Assembly (NCBI GenBank): GCA_002311135.1
Contig: DBZK01000020.1
Coordinates: forward strand, 16,903 to 80,902
DNA: 64,000 nt
Reading direction: 5' to 3'
Origin: Dehalococcoidia bacterium UBA1162
GTDB lineage: Bacteria; Chloroflexota; Dehalococcoidia; GIF9; UBA5629
Below the pieces are notes generated by a model. It had not been told where the DNA came from, searched no databases, and saw nothing but the letters and a program-made list of their open reading frames with translations. Below, piece by piece: positions 47,033-55,543 of this stretch. Position 1 is the first letter of the stretch. Every line of letters begins with the position of its first letter. The position numbers were made by a program, and so were the translations under genes.

Positions 47033-47131
47033 ATTCATATGACCCCTCCGGAATAAGTTAGCAAAACCGATAGAATTTTAATTTATACTGGACTATAAAC
47101 CGGTGTTGGGTCATCTTAGCCGTAAGAATTG

Positions 47132-47273
47132 ATCACCACTGGACCAACATTGGCATGTCTATCCGGCCATGCGTACGATTATTCTGTGCCATTTTTTGTT
47201 TCAATCTAATGCTGGTCAATATCGGGCGAACATCGGTATATACGTTAATCCATAATAACAATAGAGCTAAAGT
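47132..47273 (+). repeat. Modular repeat family, copy R3 (Y-Z-X-Y-W)
   Basis: The 64-nt core differs from copy R7 at 2 positions by hand alignment. It ends with the W module. Confidence 0.85.
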
Positions 47274-47360
47274 ATCTGTTAATCTTCCAGTTTATTAACA
47301 CTCCATAAGATGGCAAAATCGGGATGTATTACTTGAAATATTAGATAATTAGCCGATTCA

Positions 47361-47777
47361 CTAAAATTTAATATAGCCATAATAACCAAGCAGGCCAATT
47401 ATCAGCAGTGTTATCCCTATAATAAGGACGATAGGTGCTATTAATGATGCAATACCCCAAAACTTCCATTTACGCTGACTTTTTCGAAACTGTTCTATGC
47501 TATCCCATTTTTTATACTGCCATGCCCATTCGTTGCCTTTTATTCCAAGAATTATCATCACAGCTATCCCAATGAGTGGGAATGGTATTAATGCAAGAAG
47601 GGAAATCCATACGCGATGACTTATACCCCAGATCCATGTCAGTGAGAAAGCTCCCCAATTCCAACCTTTAATTTCAGGGGGAACGATGGATGAGAACCCT
47701 TGCCCCGATGTATTTAGGATAGTGTCATTGATTTGAGCATTCGGTGAATTTTGCTGCATAACATCATTATATTTCAT
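47361..47777 (-). CDS. Membrane protein (DUF2628-like)
   Basis: The GWNWGAFSLTWIWG motif and three TM segments resemble DUF2628 proteins. Confidence 0.55.
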   Translation of the reverse strand: MKYNDVMQQNSPNAQINDTILNTSGQGFSSIVPPEIKGWNWGAFSLTWIWGISHRVWISLLALIPFPLIGIAVMIILGIKGNEWAWQYKKWDSIEQFRKSQRKWKFWGIASLIAPIVLIIGITLLIIGLLGYYGYIKF

Positions 47778-47939
47778 TTCTGATTTGATTATTTATATGA
47801 ACTAGATTTATCTCCCACAGAAATGAGGATTAATAATCCTGTAAATACAGAAATTGTAGCTATTTTATTTATTGTTACAGTGCATGCTAATATCTTGTAA
47901 GCAAAATATACGCCAGCAAAATTACGAACGAGGTGAAAA

Positions 47940-48992
47940 ATGATTGATCCCATTTACGAAAAGTTGCCGGGAGCACTTAACGCTCGGTCCATGGCGTACC
48001 CCGCGGTCAAATGTAAGGAGTTCTATGATCTGGTCACCTTCCTTTTCACCCCTGAAGAGGCTGCTACATTCGTCGCCATGCCGCTGGGGCTGGCTACGGT
48101 TGAGGAAATAGCTGAAAACCTCTCCATGAAGGACCTGAAGAAACTGGCAGGCCAGCTCGAGACGATGGCCGACAAAGGCCTCATCCATATACGTGATAGG
48201 AGCGGCAAGAAATTATACGAAGCACTTCCCTTCGTGCCTGGCATCACAGAGTACCAGCTCATGAGGGGCATAGTGGATGAGCGCCATAAGAAGATCGCCA
48301 CTCTTCTTAGGGATTACTCCAAGGCTATGATCAATACACTCATGTCCACCAACCCTCCTCCGATGGAGTTTCACGCTCCCGGAAAGAAGGTGGCCGTGGA
48401 TAGGGAGATCGAGCACAAATCAACCATCGTGCCATTCAAAGAGCTGAAAGATCTGATAATGGATACGGAATATATCTCGGTTGGGACCTGCATCTGCAGG
48501 CACCAGGCGGCCCTGCTGGGCAAACCGTCGGACAAGCCGGTTAACAACTGCATGGTCCTCGGAGAGTCGGCTAAATTCGCCGCCGAAAGGGGCTTCACAA
48601 CACGCCTTACCAAAGAAGAGGCAATCAAAAGGATCGAGGAAGCCGAAGATGCGGGCCTTATCCACACATTCGCCAACAGCCCGGACCTTTACTCGAACCT
48701 GCTCTGCAACTGCTACAAGGATCGCTGCATGATCATTAAGGGCGTAAGCAAATCGCCCGTCCCCAGCCTGGCCGTAAATGCAAGGTGGGTGGTCCAAATT
48801 AATGAAGATGACTGCACGGCCTGCGAGGCCTGCATCCCGCGCTGCCAGATGGACGCCCTTAAGATGGTTGAAGGCAAGCTGGTGCGGGATGAGAAACGTT
48901 GCATAGGCTGCGGCATCTGCGTGTGGACCTGCCCCGCCGATGCTATGACCCTCGAGCAGAGGCCCGCCGCAAAAATACCTCTGAAATCATAA
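47940..48992 (+). CDS. 4Fe-4S dicluster domain-containing protein
   Basis: C-terminal CTACEACIPRC and CIGCGICVWTCP ferredoxin motifs, with additional Cys motifs (CICRH, CNCYKDRC). AGGTGA RBS. Confidence 0.75.
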   Translation: MIDPIYEKLPGALNARSMAYPAVKCKEFYDLVTFLFTPEEAATFVAMPLGLATVEEIAENLSMKDLKKLAGQLETMADKGLIHIRDRSGKKLYEALPFVPGITEYQLMRGIVDERHKKIATLLRDYSKAMINTLMSTNPPPMEFHAPGKKVAVDREIEHKSTIVPFKELKDLIMDTEYISVGTCICRHQAALLGKPSDKPVNNCMVLGESAKFAAERGFTTRLTKEEAIKRIEEAEDAGLIHTFANSPDLYSNLLCNCYKDRCMIIKGVSKSPVPSLAVNARWVVQINEDDCTACEACIPRCQMDALKMVEGKLVRDEKRCIGCGICVWTCPADAMTLEQRPAAKIPLKS

Positions 48993-49010
48993 TTAAATAA
49001 GGCTTAATAA

Positions 49011-49047
49011 ACAGGGCCGCAGCATTTATAGTTGCGGCCCTGTTTTT
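49011..49047 (+). terminator. Rho-independent terminator
   Basis: ACAGGGCCGCA / TGCGGCCCTGT stem followed by TTTTT. Confidence 0.8.
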
Positions 49048-49093
49048 AATATGTCATTGCATATCGGGGAAACAATCCATTGGCCTAAGACAC

Positions 49094-49256
49094 GTTCTGT
49101 GCCACTCTATATTTCAGTCTAACGCCAGTCACCATTGCACGAACATAGGCATGTCTATCCGGCCATGCATACGATTATTCTGTGCCATTCTTTATTTCAA
49201 TTTAACTATGGAACCTTGCGCGAACGTAGGGATTACAGTTAATTCATACGTATAAC
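49094..49256 (+). repeat. Modular repeat family, copy R4 (X-Y-Z-X-Y-W')
   Basis: The longest copy. Its core has 4 mismatches to R7 by hand alignment and ends in the W' variant GGGATTACAGTTAATTCATACGTATA. Confidence 0.85.
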
Positions 49257-49310
49257 AGGAAAATGGTATAACTCACTAAATGCCGCCATATTTCAGGTCA
49301 GTACGCAATA

Positions 49311-49346
49311 ATTTCCTGCCATCAGGGGGGCCTGATGGCAGGAAAT
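49311..49346 (-). terminator. Hairpin terminator downstream of the lipoprotein gene (perfect 16-bp stem)
   Basis: ATTTCCTGCCATCAGG-GGGG-CCTGATGGCAGGAAAT, 28 nt after the stop at 49374. Only a weak T-tract follows. Confidence 0.55.
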
Positions 49347-49373
49347 TCAATTATGCCTGTCGCCAATGATCTG

Positions 49374-50039
49374 TTAACGGCAATTGACTGTGTAATTTAT
49401 CGGGAGCGATGTTATGTTATTGGGAGTCAAAACATTGATTTTATATGAACCGGAAGCCGTTTCACCTAAATCATAATTTAATGATATTGCTTGTGAACCT
49501 GCTGCATTAAAGGTCATGCTTTGGATATGACCCCAGTTGTCATCGCTTCTTTCCCACCTGTAAGTAACTGTGCCGGGACCATTGACAGTGATAGTAGCGT
49601 AAAAGGTGAAGGTTCTTGGACAAGGACCGTTATAGGTTGATTGTGCAGAACTACCTATAACACTGGTTACTGCGAATGGCACGGGTGCCGGTGAGTACGC
49701 CGTGTTGTTGACTGTAATCTGTGCTGTGCTGCTAGCGTTGCTGGCGGCATTGGTAGCAGTTAAAGTATAAGTAGTGATTGTAGCGGGTGATATTACCTTG
49801 CTCCCTACGGCGTCAACCTGACCAATACCGTTATCTATATTAACCGAGCTAGCTCCGGTAACATTCCATGCCAGTGTTTGTGTGCCACCAGTAGATGGAC
49901 TGCTACTAAAGGTCCCTATAACCGGAACCTGTCCTGCCGGTGGGTTAGCCGATGATGTGGGAGGTGACATTGTAATACAACCCGGGATGAGAATCACCAA
50001 TGATAGTAATGATAATGAAAGAAAGACTAATTTTTTCAA
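49374..50039 (-). CDS. Lipoprotein with an Ig-like repeat of the same type as in the FHA proteins
   Basis: GGAGG plus 8 nt precedes the TTG at 50039 (the ORF opens at 50093). Lipobox IPGC. Module TLAWNVTGASSVNIDNGIGQV...TTYTLTATN. Confidence 0.7.
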   Translation of the reverse strand: MKKLVFLSLSLLSLVILIPGCITMSPPTSSANPPAGQVPVIGTFSSSPSTGGTQTLAWNVTGASSVNIDNGIGQVDAVGSKVISPATITTYTLTATNAASNASSTAQITVNNTAYSPAPVPFAVTSVIGSSAQSTYNGPCPRTFTFYATITVNGPGTVTYRWERSDDNWGHIQSMTFNAAGSQAISLNYDLGETASGSYKINVLTPNNITSLPINYTVNCR

Positions 50040-50105
50040 TGTAGTTACCTCCAAATATTTATTGTCCGTGAAATGATATAGGAAGCTTAACATCCGGGAA
50101 ATGGA

Positions 50106-50147
50106 TTAGTAATACAATTGGGAGGTAAAAAGTTGAATAGTTATGAT
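50106..50147 (-). promoter_or_regulatory. Shared promoter-like motif, copy C (upstream of the Ig-like lipoprotein gene)
   Basis: Minus strand reads TCATAACTATTCAAC-N13-AATTGTATTACT, ending about 65 nt before the TTG start. Confidence 0.4.
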
Positions 50148-50204
50148 ATTTAGGTGCCTGTCGTAAACTTCACTTAAGAGATAATTGGCATAGTCCGAGT
50201 GGGA

Positions 50205-50287
50205 TCATTTGCCACCATTCTTTATTTCAATCTAACGCTCGTCACCACTGCACGAACATAGGGATTACAGTTAATTCATAAGTATAT
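50205..50287 (+). repeat. Modular repeat family, copy R5 (X-Y-W')
   Basis: CCATTCTTTATTTCAATCTAACGCTCGTCACCACTGCACGAACATAGGGATTACAGTTAATTCATA. Confidence 0.8.
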
Positions 50288-50333
50288 TTGCGACCTAGCC
50301 AACGGACGTACCGAGACCTCTTGTGTAATCGCC

Positions 50334-50444
50334 CTAGGCGAAAGGCAGCCTTAAAAGGTCAAGGATCGTTTTCAGGATCCGTTTATCGGCAGTCCGGTTC
50401 TTATTGTAGCTCTCTCCAATAACGTCGTAGGCTGCGTCACCCAT
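50334..50444 (-). pseudogene. N-terminal remnant (36 codons) of a class I SAM-dependent methyltransferase
   Basis: MGDAAYDVIGESYNKNRTADKRILKTILDLLRLPFA* matches the YD.IG..Y...R..D.RI leader of these enzymes. It stops before the GxGxG SAM motif. Confidence 0.45.
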
Positions 50445-50765
50445 CTTAGTTAAGAGAAGAACCCTGGAAATACGATTATCAGAGGGTATCTTATCACACT
50501 GCAGGAGAAAAGACAGGCTTATATGAGGATTTATCGGAGGTCAATTAATGGAAAAATAACGCGGGGTCGGGGTAGAATGATGAATCAGCCAGGCTATTTA
50601 TATTTAAAAATGAGCTGCCGCCGGCGATTGATCAGCTTGATAGATTACATAAAGGGGTCTAAAATAGCGCAAGGGCAAACTGGCAGGTCTAGAGCTACAA
50701 AATCGTGAATGGGGGCGAGTGTTTAAGGCGCTGCATCGGCTGTTTTCTGCAGGGATAAGGAGTGT

Positions 50766-51572
50766 ATGCTTATGAAACGCAGTAATTTCCATGTTTACCT
50801 AGTCCTTCCGGCTGTAATAGCCTTGCTCGGAATGGTTTTCGCAAGCTGCACGCTTCTCAAACTGGCCGCGCCCTCGGCTCCGGCGACCCCGCCGGCCCCG
50901 GCCGCTTCAGTCGCGTCCGCCAACGTGACACCCGCAACTCCTGCAACTCCAGAAGTACCTAGCACTCCACCCGCCGTGGAGAAGCCAGCGCCAACTCCCA
51001 ATGGTACATTGCCCGTCATAAGCTATTTCTCCGCATCGCTCAATACCATTCCGCCCAACGGCATCAGCATACTGGTATGGAGCGTGAGCGGGGCCGATTC
51101 GGTAAGCATCGACAACGGCATCGGAAAGGTGGACGCCCAGGGCCGCCATGCCGTCCTGCCCGTTGCCAGCACTACCTATACGCTCGCGGCAACCAGTTCG
51201 GCGGACAGCACGACGGCACAGGTAACAGTGTCTATCTCACCACACCAGGCCGCCTCGCCGCAATACAGTCCAGGCTACTATCTCACTCGTGTCGGCCAGA
51301 CGGCTGTGGTCGGATCCCCGCTGACTATCAACCAGAACGCAGAAACTTCCAAGGGCTTCAAGTGGGTGGTTGATTACTATGATTCGACAATACTTTCATA
51401 TGTGGGCAGCAACACTATAAAGCTTAACGCCATTGCCCGGGGTGTGGACACCCAGCAGCAATTTATCTTTATGCCGCTGCATTCAGGCGATACAATGATA
51501 CTTGTTTCCTATGTTAACGACAAGACTCCGACACGATTTGATTCCACGATCTATAACATCCATATCCAGTAA
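50766..51572 (+). CDS. Secreted protein or lipoprotein: Pro/Ala linker, Ig-like repeat, C-terminal chagasin-like (I42) inhibitor-like domain
   Basis: Signal with FASC. Ig-like module ILVWSVSGADSVSIDNGIGKV...TTYTLAATS. The C-terminal NAETSKGFKW...FIFMPLHSGDT resembles NPTTGY.W...F.F....G of chagasin-type inhibitors. Confidence 0.6.
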   Translation: MLMKRSNFHVYLVLPAVIALLGMVFASCTLLKLAAPSAPATPPAPAASVASANVTPATPATPEVPSTPPAVEKPAPTPNGTLPVISYFSASLNTIPPNGISILVWSVSGADSVSIDNGIGKVDAQGRHAVLPVASTTYTLAATSSADSTTAQVTVSISPHQAASPQYSPGYYLTRVGQTAVVGSPLTINQNAETSKGFKWVVDYYDSTILSYVGSNTIKLNAIARGVDTQQQFIFMPLHSGDTMILVSYVNDKTPTRFDSTIYNIHIQ

Positions 51573-51624
51573 TGGCAGAAGAAGGATGTATCCTTGCGGG
51601 GACGGGCGGAGTCCCTGAACCAAA

Positions 51625-51639
51625 CACGAACATCGGCAT
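51625..51639 (+). repeat. Modular repeat family, short seed match (Y core only)
   Basis: CACGAACATCGGCAT is identical to the Y-module core. It is too short to be certain. Confidence 0.3.
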
Positions 51640-51899
51640 CACTGTTCCGCTGTAGGTATATTTACATCGAGGGTCAGGGGTATGCCTTGTCAAAGACATA
51701 GCTTTAATATAGACATTTAGGTCTACCAGTTGGGGTACCCCACTCATTGACATCCTATATTGGGATAGTATAATACTGACGAGAACGCTAGCGCCCCTCG
51801 GAGTTTGGTTGAATGCTAAAATTTGGCAGGTATGAATGAACTCTAGTGATACAATCCAAGAGCCTGGTATAAACATTTATTGAAATACGGGGTATAAAA

Positions 51900-53267
51900 A
51901 TGGAAAGGAAGAGGCTTTCCGTGGGAACGAAGCTCGGTTACGGTGTCGCCGATCTAGGCAACAACCTGTTTATCCAGGCGCTTGGTTTCGTGCTGCTAAT
52001 TTATCTTACCGACACAGTGGGTCTTTCTGCAGCCCTGGCAGGAACTGCCCTTATGATCGGCCGTATCTGGGATGCTTTTTACGACCCTATAATAGGCTAT
52101 ATCTCCGACAGGACCAAAACCAGGATGGGACGCCGCAGGCCGTTCATGCTGGGCGGCGCAATACCCTGGTTTATAGTCATGATCATCATGTTTACCAACC
52201 CTTCGCTGATCATTGGCTCGGGAATCAGCCAGGCAGTGCTTTTTGCCTATGCTCTGATTGTCTACATGGTCCTATGCACTGCATACTCCACAGTTAACGT
52301 CCCTTACTATTCGTGGGCGCCGGAATTGACCTCAGATTATCATGAGCGCACATCTCTAAACGGGTACCGCTCCGCTTTTGCATTTTTCGGCAATCTTATA
52401 GCATTGGGCACTGCCCTTCCGATCGTCGCTCTCAGCCAGAATAAAAGCGTGGGATTCGTTTTAATGGGGCTGATATTCGGCGGCGTAATGCTGATTACGA
52501 CATTAACCACGGTATTCGCGACAAAAGAACCTGCCGACCTGAAACCGGCAAAGTCCCTGGACATCGGGAAAACCTATCTAGCAGTGTTTAAGAACAGGCC
52601 TTATGTCCTCATCCTGCTGTCATACATAATCAACTTCACCGGCATTACCATCATCTCCGGTATAGCGATTTACTACTTCAAATATATCCTCGTCGCCGAA
52701 AATATGGTGACATACGCCATGTTAATACTGCTGGTGACCTCGGTGGTTTTCATACCGGTAAGCGTCGTTATAGCCAAAAAGACGGGGAAAAAGCCCGTTT
52801 ACGGTGCAGCCAGCGTTATCACGGCAGCCTCGGTCATGATGCTCTTTTTCTTCGGCCACACTCTGGGTTTGAATTTCGCCCTGGTAATGATGTTTTTCCT
52901 GGGGATAGGCCTGGGCTTTACATATGTGCCTCCATTCGCAATGGTGGCCGATGCCATAGAGTATGACTACCTGGTGACGGGAGAGCGCAGGGAGGGGGCG
53001 TTCTTTGGCATCTGGACATGGGGGCTCAAGCTAGGCCAGGCGCTGGCAGTTTTTCTCATGGGCGTGATACTTGAAGCAATGGGCTACGTGGCAAATGCTA
53101 TGCCGCAGTCAGCGAGCGCCCAGCTAGGCATCCGGCTTTTCCTAGGGCCTATATCCGCTGCCATTTTCATCCTGTCGGCGGTGGTCCTATATTTCTACCC
53201 TATAACTGAAAAGCGTTATAAAGAGATACTTGCAGAGATCGCCGAGAGAGATGCGAAGAAGGCCTGA
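51900..53267 (+). CDS. MFS transporter, glycoside-pentoside-hexuronide (GPH):cation symporter family
   Basis: RIWDAFYDPIIGYISDRTKTRMGRRRPF signature loop and about 12 TM segments. Confidence 0.85.
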   Translation: MERKRLSVGTKLGYGVADLGNNLFIQALGFVLLIYLTDTVGLSAALAGTALMIGRIWDAFYDPIIGYISDRTKTRMGRRRPFMLGGAIPWFIVMIIMFTNPSLIIGSGISQAVLFAYALIVYMVLCTAYSTVNVPYYSWAPELTSDYHERTSLNGYRSAFAFFGNLIALGTALPIVALSQNKSVGFVLMGLIFGGVMLITTLTTVFATKEPADLKPAKSLDIGKTYLAVFKNRPYVLILLSYIINFTGITIISGIAIYYFKYILVAENMVTYAMLILLVTSVVFIPVSVVIAKKTGKKPVYGAASVITAASVMMLFFFGHTLGLNFALVMMFFLGIGLGFTYVPPFAMVADAIEYDYLVTGERREGAFFGIWTWGLKLGQALAVFLMGVILEAMGYVANAMPQSASAQLGIRLFLGPISAAIFILSAVVLYFYPITEKRYKEILAEIAERDAKKA

Positions 53268-53738
53268 GCTGGCACAGGGGAGGGCGGCGGGCCTCCGTTA
53301 CCCGGTTTCTTAGAGCCTGAAATCGAGGATGTCCGGGAACCTCTCCCTTATATAGAGCATGGCACCCAGCATATGCACCATGCACCACGACCCGGCACAG
53401 AAACCAGGAGACTGCTGAGGGAAAAGGCGGTGAATATCAAGGAGAAAGCCACCAAGGCAGTCAGTTGCATAAACGAATCTGCCGGTTCCATAAGCAAAGG
53501 GTAAGATTAAAACGGCCATCAATCTAATACAGAGCACACTATCACCGAATGGTGATGGCTCAATTGGAACTATTGAAAAACGTACTTTATTCCGACACTA
53601 TTGAGAGTGCACTGCTGAGGCATCCTGTCAACTAACCGGTTGATCGCCTTCCAACCCGTGCAGTGCATAGGCACCCTAAACGTCTACTTGGGTAGGAGGT
53701 ATCGGATACAAGCTAAAAAGATAGGGTAACCCAGATAA

Positions 53739-54932
53739 CTATTCCTTCTTTATTATGCAGGCAACGCCCTGTCCCATGCCACAGCACATGCTGGCTGATC
53801 CATAGGTGCCTCCTTCCATTTGTAGTATCCTGGCGAGTGTACCTATAAGGCGGACGCCTGAGGCGCCAAGCGGATGTCCGATAGCGAGAGCGCCTCCTTT
53901 AACGTTGACCCTGTTGCCGTCTATACCGAGTTCTTTAATAGCGTACATCGGGACTATGCTGAAGGCTTCATTGATTTCGAAATAGTCTATAGTTTTGATA
54001 TCGAGGCCGGCATTTTTAAGCGCTTTCTTTGTTGCCGGGACCGGGCCTTCTCCCATGGTCGACGGCTCCACGCCCGCAACGCCAAATGATATAAAGCTGG
54101 CCATTGGTTTAAGTCTGAGTTTGTTGGCCTTTTCACGTGACATAACAAGCATACAGGTGGCGCCTGCATTCATGGGTGAAGAATTTCCTGCCGTGATCTG
54201 GCCCTCCGGCTTATAGGCGGGCTTCAATGACGAGAGAATTTCAAGTGTCGTGTCGCCACGTACGCAAGCGTCATAATCGAAAAGCTGTTTGGTGCCATCA
54301 GCAAGCGTTACTTCAATTGGAAGTATTTCGTCTTTGAAATAGCCCTCCTTCTGAGCAGCAGCCGCCAAATGGTGGGACCTGACAGCGAATTCATCCATGT
54401 CCTTCCTAGTGTAGTCGGTCTTCTTAAGCAATTTCTCAGCCGTCAGTCCATTGCTAGCAGCATTGGCCATGTCCATATACGCATATTGCGGATCGGTAAA
54501 AAGTTCGTACGGTGGTTTCATGGCGCCGCCCCCGTCCATGGGCACGTGTGTCATGTGTTCGGTCCCGCATACAAAAATAATATCGGCATAACCAGTGGCT
54601 ATACTCATAACCGCTGTCCTCACGCCGTTAAAAGAAGATCCACATGCAGTATCGACCTGCTGGGCTGCAATGGTAACCGGCAATTTGCCAAGGAGCACCG
54701 GGAACCTACCACCGCCGGTATACGTCTCGAGGAAAGGATTTGCCACTCCGACTATGCATTCATCTATTTCTTCGGGATTGATCTTCGTTCGGTTGATGAT
54801 GGCGTTCATCAACATTCCGGCAACGTGGTCCATTCTCCAGCAATTGAGCAAGTCCTTATCCGGGTCCTTCGGCCTGGAACGTGAAAACGGGGAACGTAAG
54901 TAATCAACAAGTACTACATCGCGCGCTAACAT
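53739..54932 (-). CDS. Thiolase (acetyl-CoA C-acyltransferase) family protein
   Basis: Paralog of 41202..42401. Both share the N-terminus DYLRSPFSRSRPK.P.KDLL, the VDTACGSS active-site Cys and C-terminal CCGMGQG. Confidence 0.9.
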   Translation of the reverse strand: MLARDVVLVDYLRSPFSRSRPKDPDKDLLNCWRMDHVAGMLMNAIINRTKINPEEIDECIVGVANPFLETYTGGGRFPVLLGKLPVTIAAQQVDTACGSSFNGVRTAVMSIATGYADIIFVCGTEHMTHVPMDGGGAMKPPYELFTDPQYAYMDMANAASNGLTAEKLLKKTDYTRKDMDEFAVRSHHLAAAAQKEGYFKDEILPIEVTLADGTKQLFDYDACVRGDTTLEILSSLKPAYKPEGQITAGNSSPMNAGATCMLVMSREKANKLRLKPMASFISFGVAGVEPSTMGEGPVPATKKALKNAGLDIKTIDYFEINEAFSIVPMYAIKELGIDGNRVNVKGGALAIGHPLGASGVRLIGTLARILQMEGGTYGSASMCCGMGQGVACIIKKE

Positions 54933-55097
54933 GAAAATACTCCTCAGATTTTTATTTATTTATAGTACAACTACAATATTGCGAAGAAAGTCGCAACTGG
55001 ATCATGCGTCTGCTGTCGTCCCTGTCAACATGCATCGATACAGGCCTTTCGCAGTCATCGACCAGTAGCTTATTTATACCGGCTATATTAAATGTGC

Positions 55098-55529
55098 TTA
55101 AGCCTTGGGTTTCTTGGCAACGGCGGCCTTGAGAATCAGGATAGCCACGTCCTCATCGCGCTGGTTCTTGATGTGCCACTGGTTAGAGATCACACCCATG
55201 TCACCTTTGTCCTTAATTTCGATAATCTCTGTTACTAGGTGTATCGTATCGCCGAGTTTAACCGGGGTTGTGAATCTCACCTTATCCATGCCATAAAATG
55301 CAATTACAGCGATGTCGTAAGGGGCTACAAACCCGGATGCAATGGAGAGAACCAGGAAGCCGTGCGCTATGCGGCCGCCGAAAATGGTCTTTTTTGCAAG
55401 CTCCGCGTCCACATGTATTCCGTACCAGTCACCGCTTAGAGCGGCGAACATCACGATGTCTGCCTCCGTTACCGTTCGGCTGCGGGTTACAATTTTCTGC
55501 CCTACTTTGAAATCCTCAAAATATAGCAT
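55098..55529 (-). CDS. MaoC-like (R)-specific enoyl-CoA hydratase / dehydratase
   Basis: Hot-dog fold pattern FAALSGDWYGIHVD...IAHG. Confidence 0.85.
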   Translation of the reverse strand: MLYFEDFKVGQKIVTRSRTVTEADIVMFAALSGDWYGIHVDAELAKKTIFGGRIAHGFLVLSIASGFVAPYDIAVIAFYGMDKVRFTTPVKLGDTIHLVTEIIEIKDKGDMGVISNQWHIKNQRDEDVAILILKAAVAKKPKA

Positions 55530-55543
55530 AGCACTCCTTAATA

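Noticed and set aside
47132-50287. CRISPR array
   Set aside because: The repeat units are 85 nt modular blocks in direct contact with each other or kilobases apart. There are no short unique spacers at regular intervals and no cas genes.
50523-50708. ORF 50523..50708 (+), 61 aa, Arg-rich
   Set aside because: It has no RBS and a basic, low-complexity product, and it lies in the promoter region of the 50766 gene.
53310-53537. ORF 53310..53537 (-), 75 aa, Cys/Met-rich
   Set aside because: It has no RBS, no recognisable family, and sits in a non-coding-looking spacer after the MFS gene. It could be another gene remnant, but I cannot support that.
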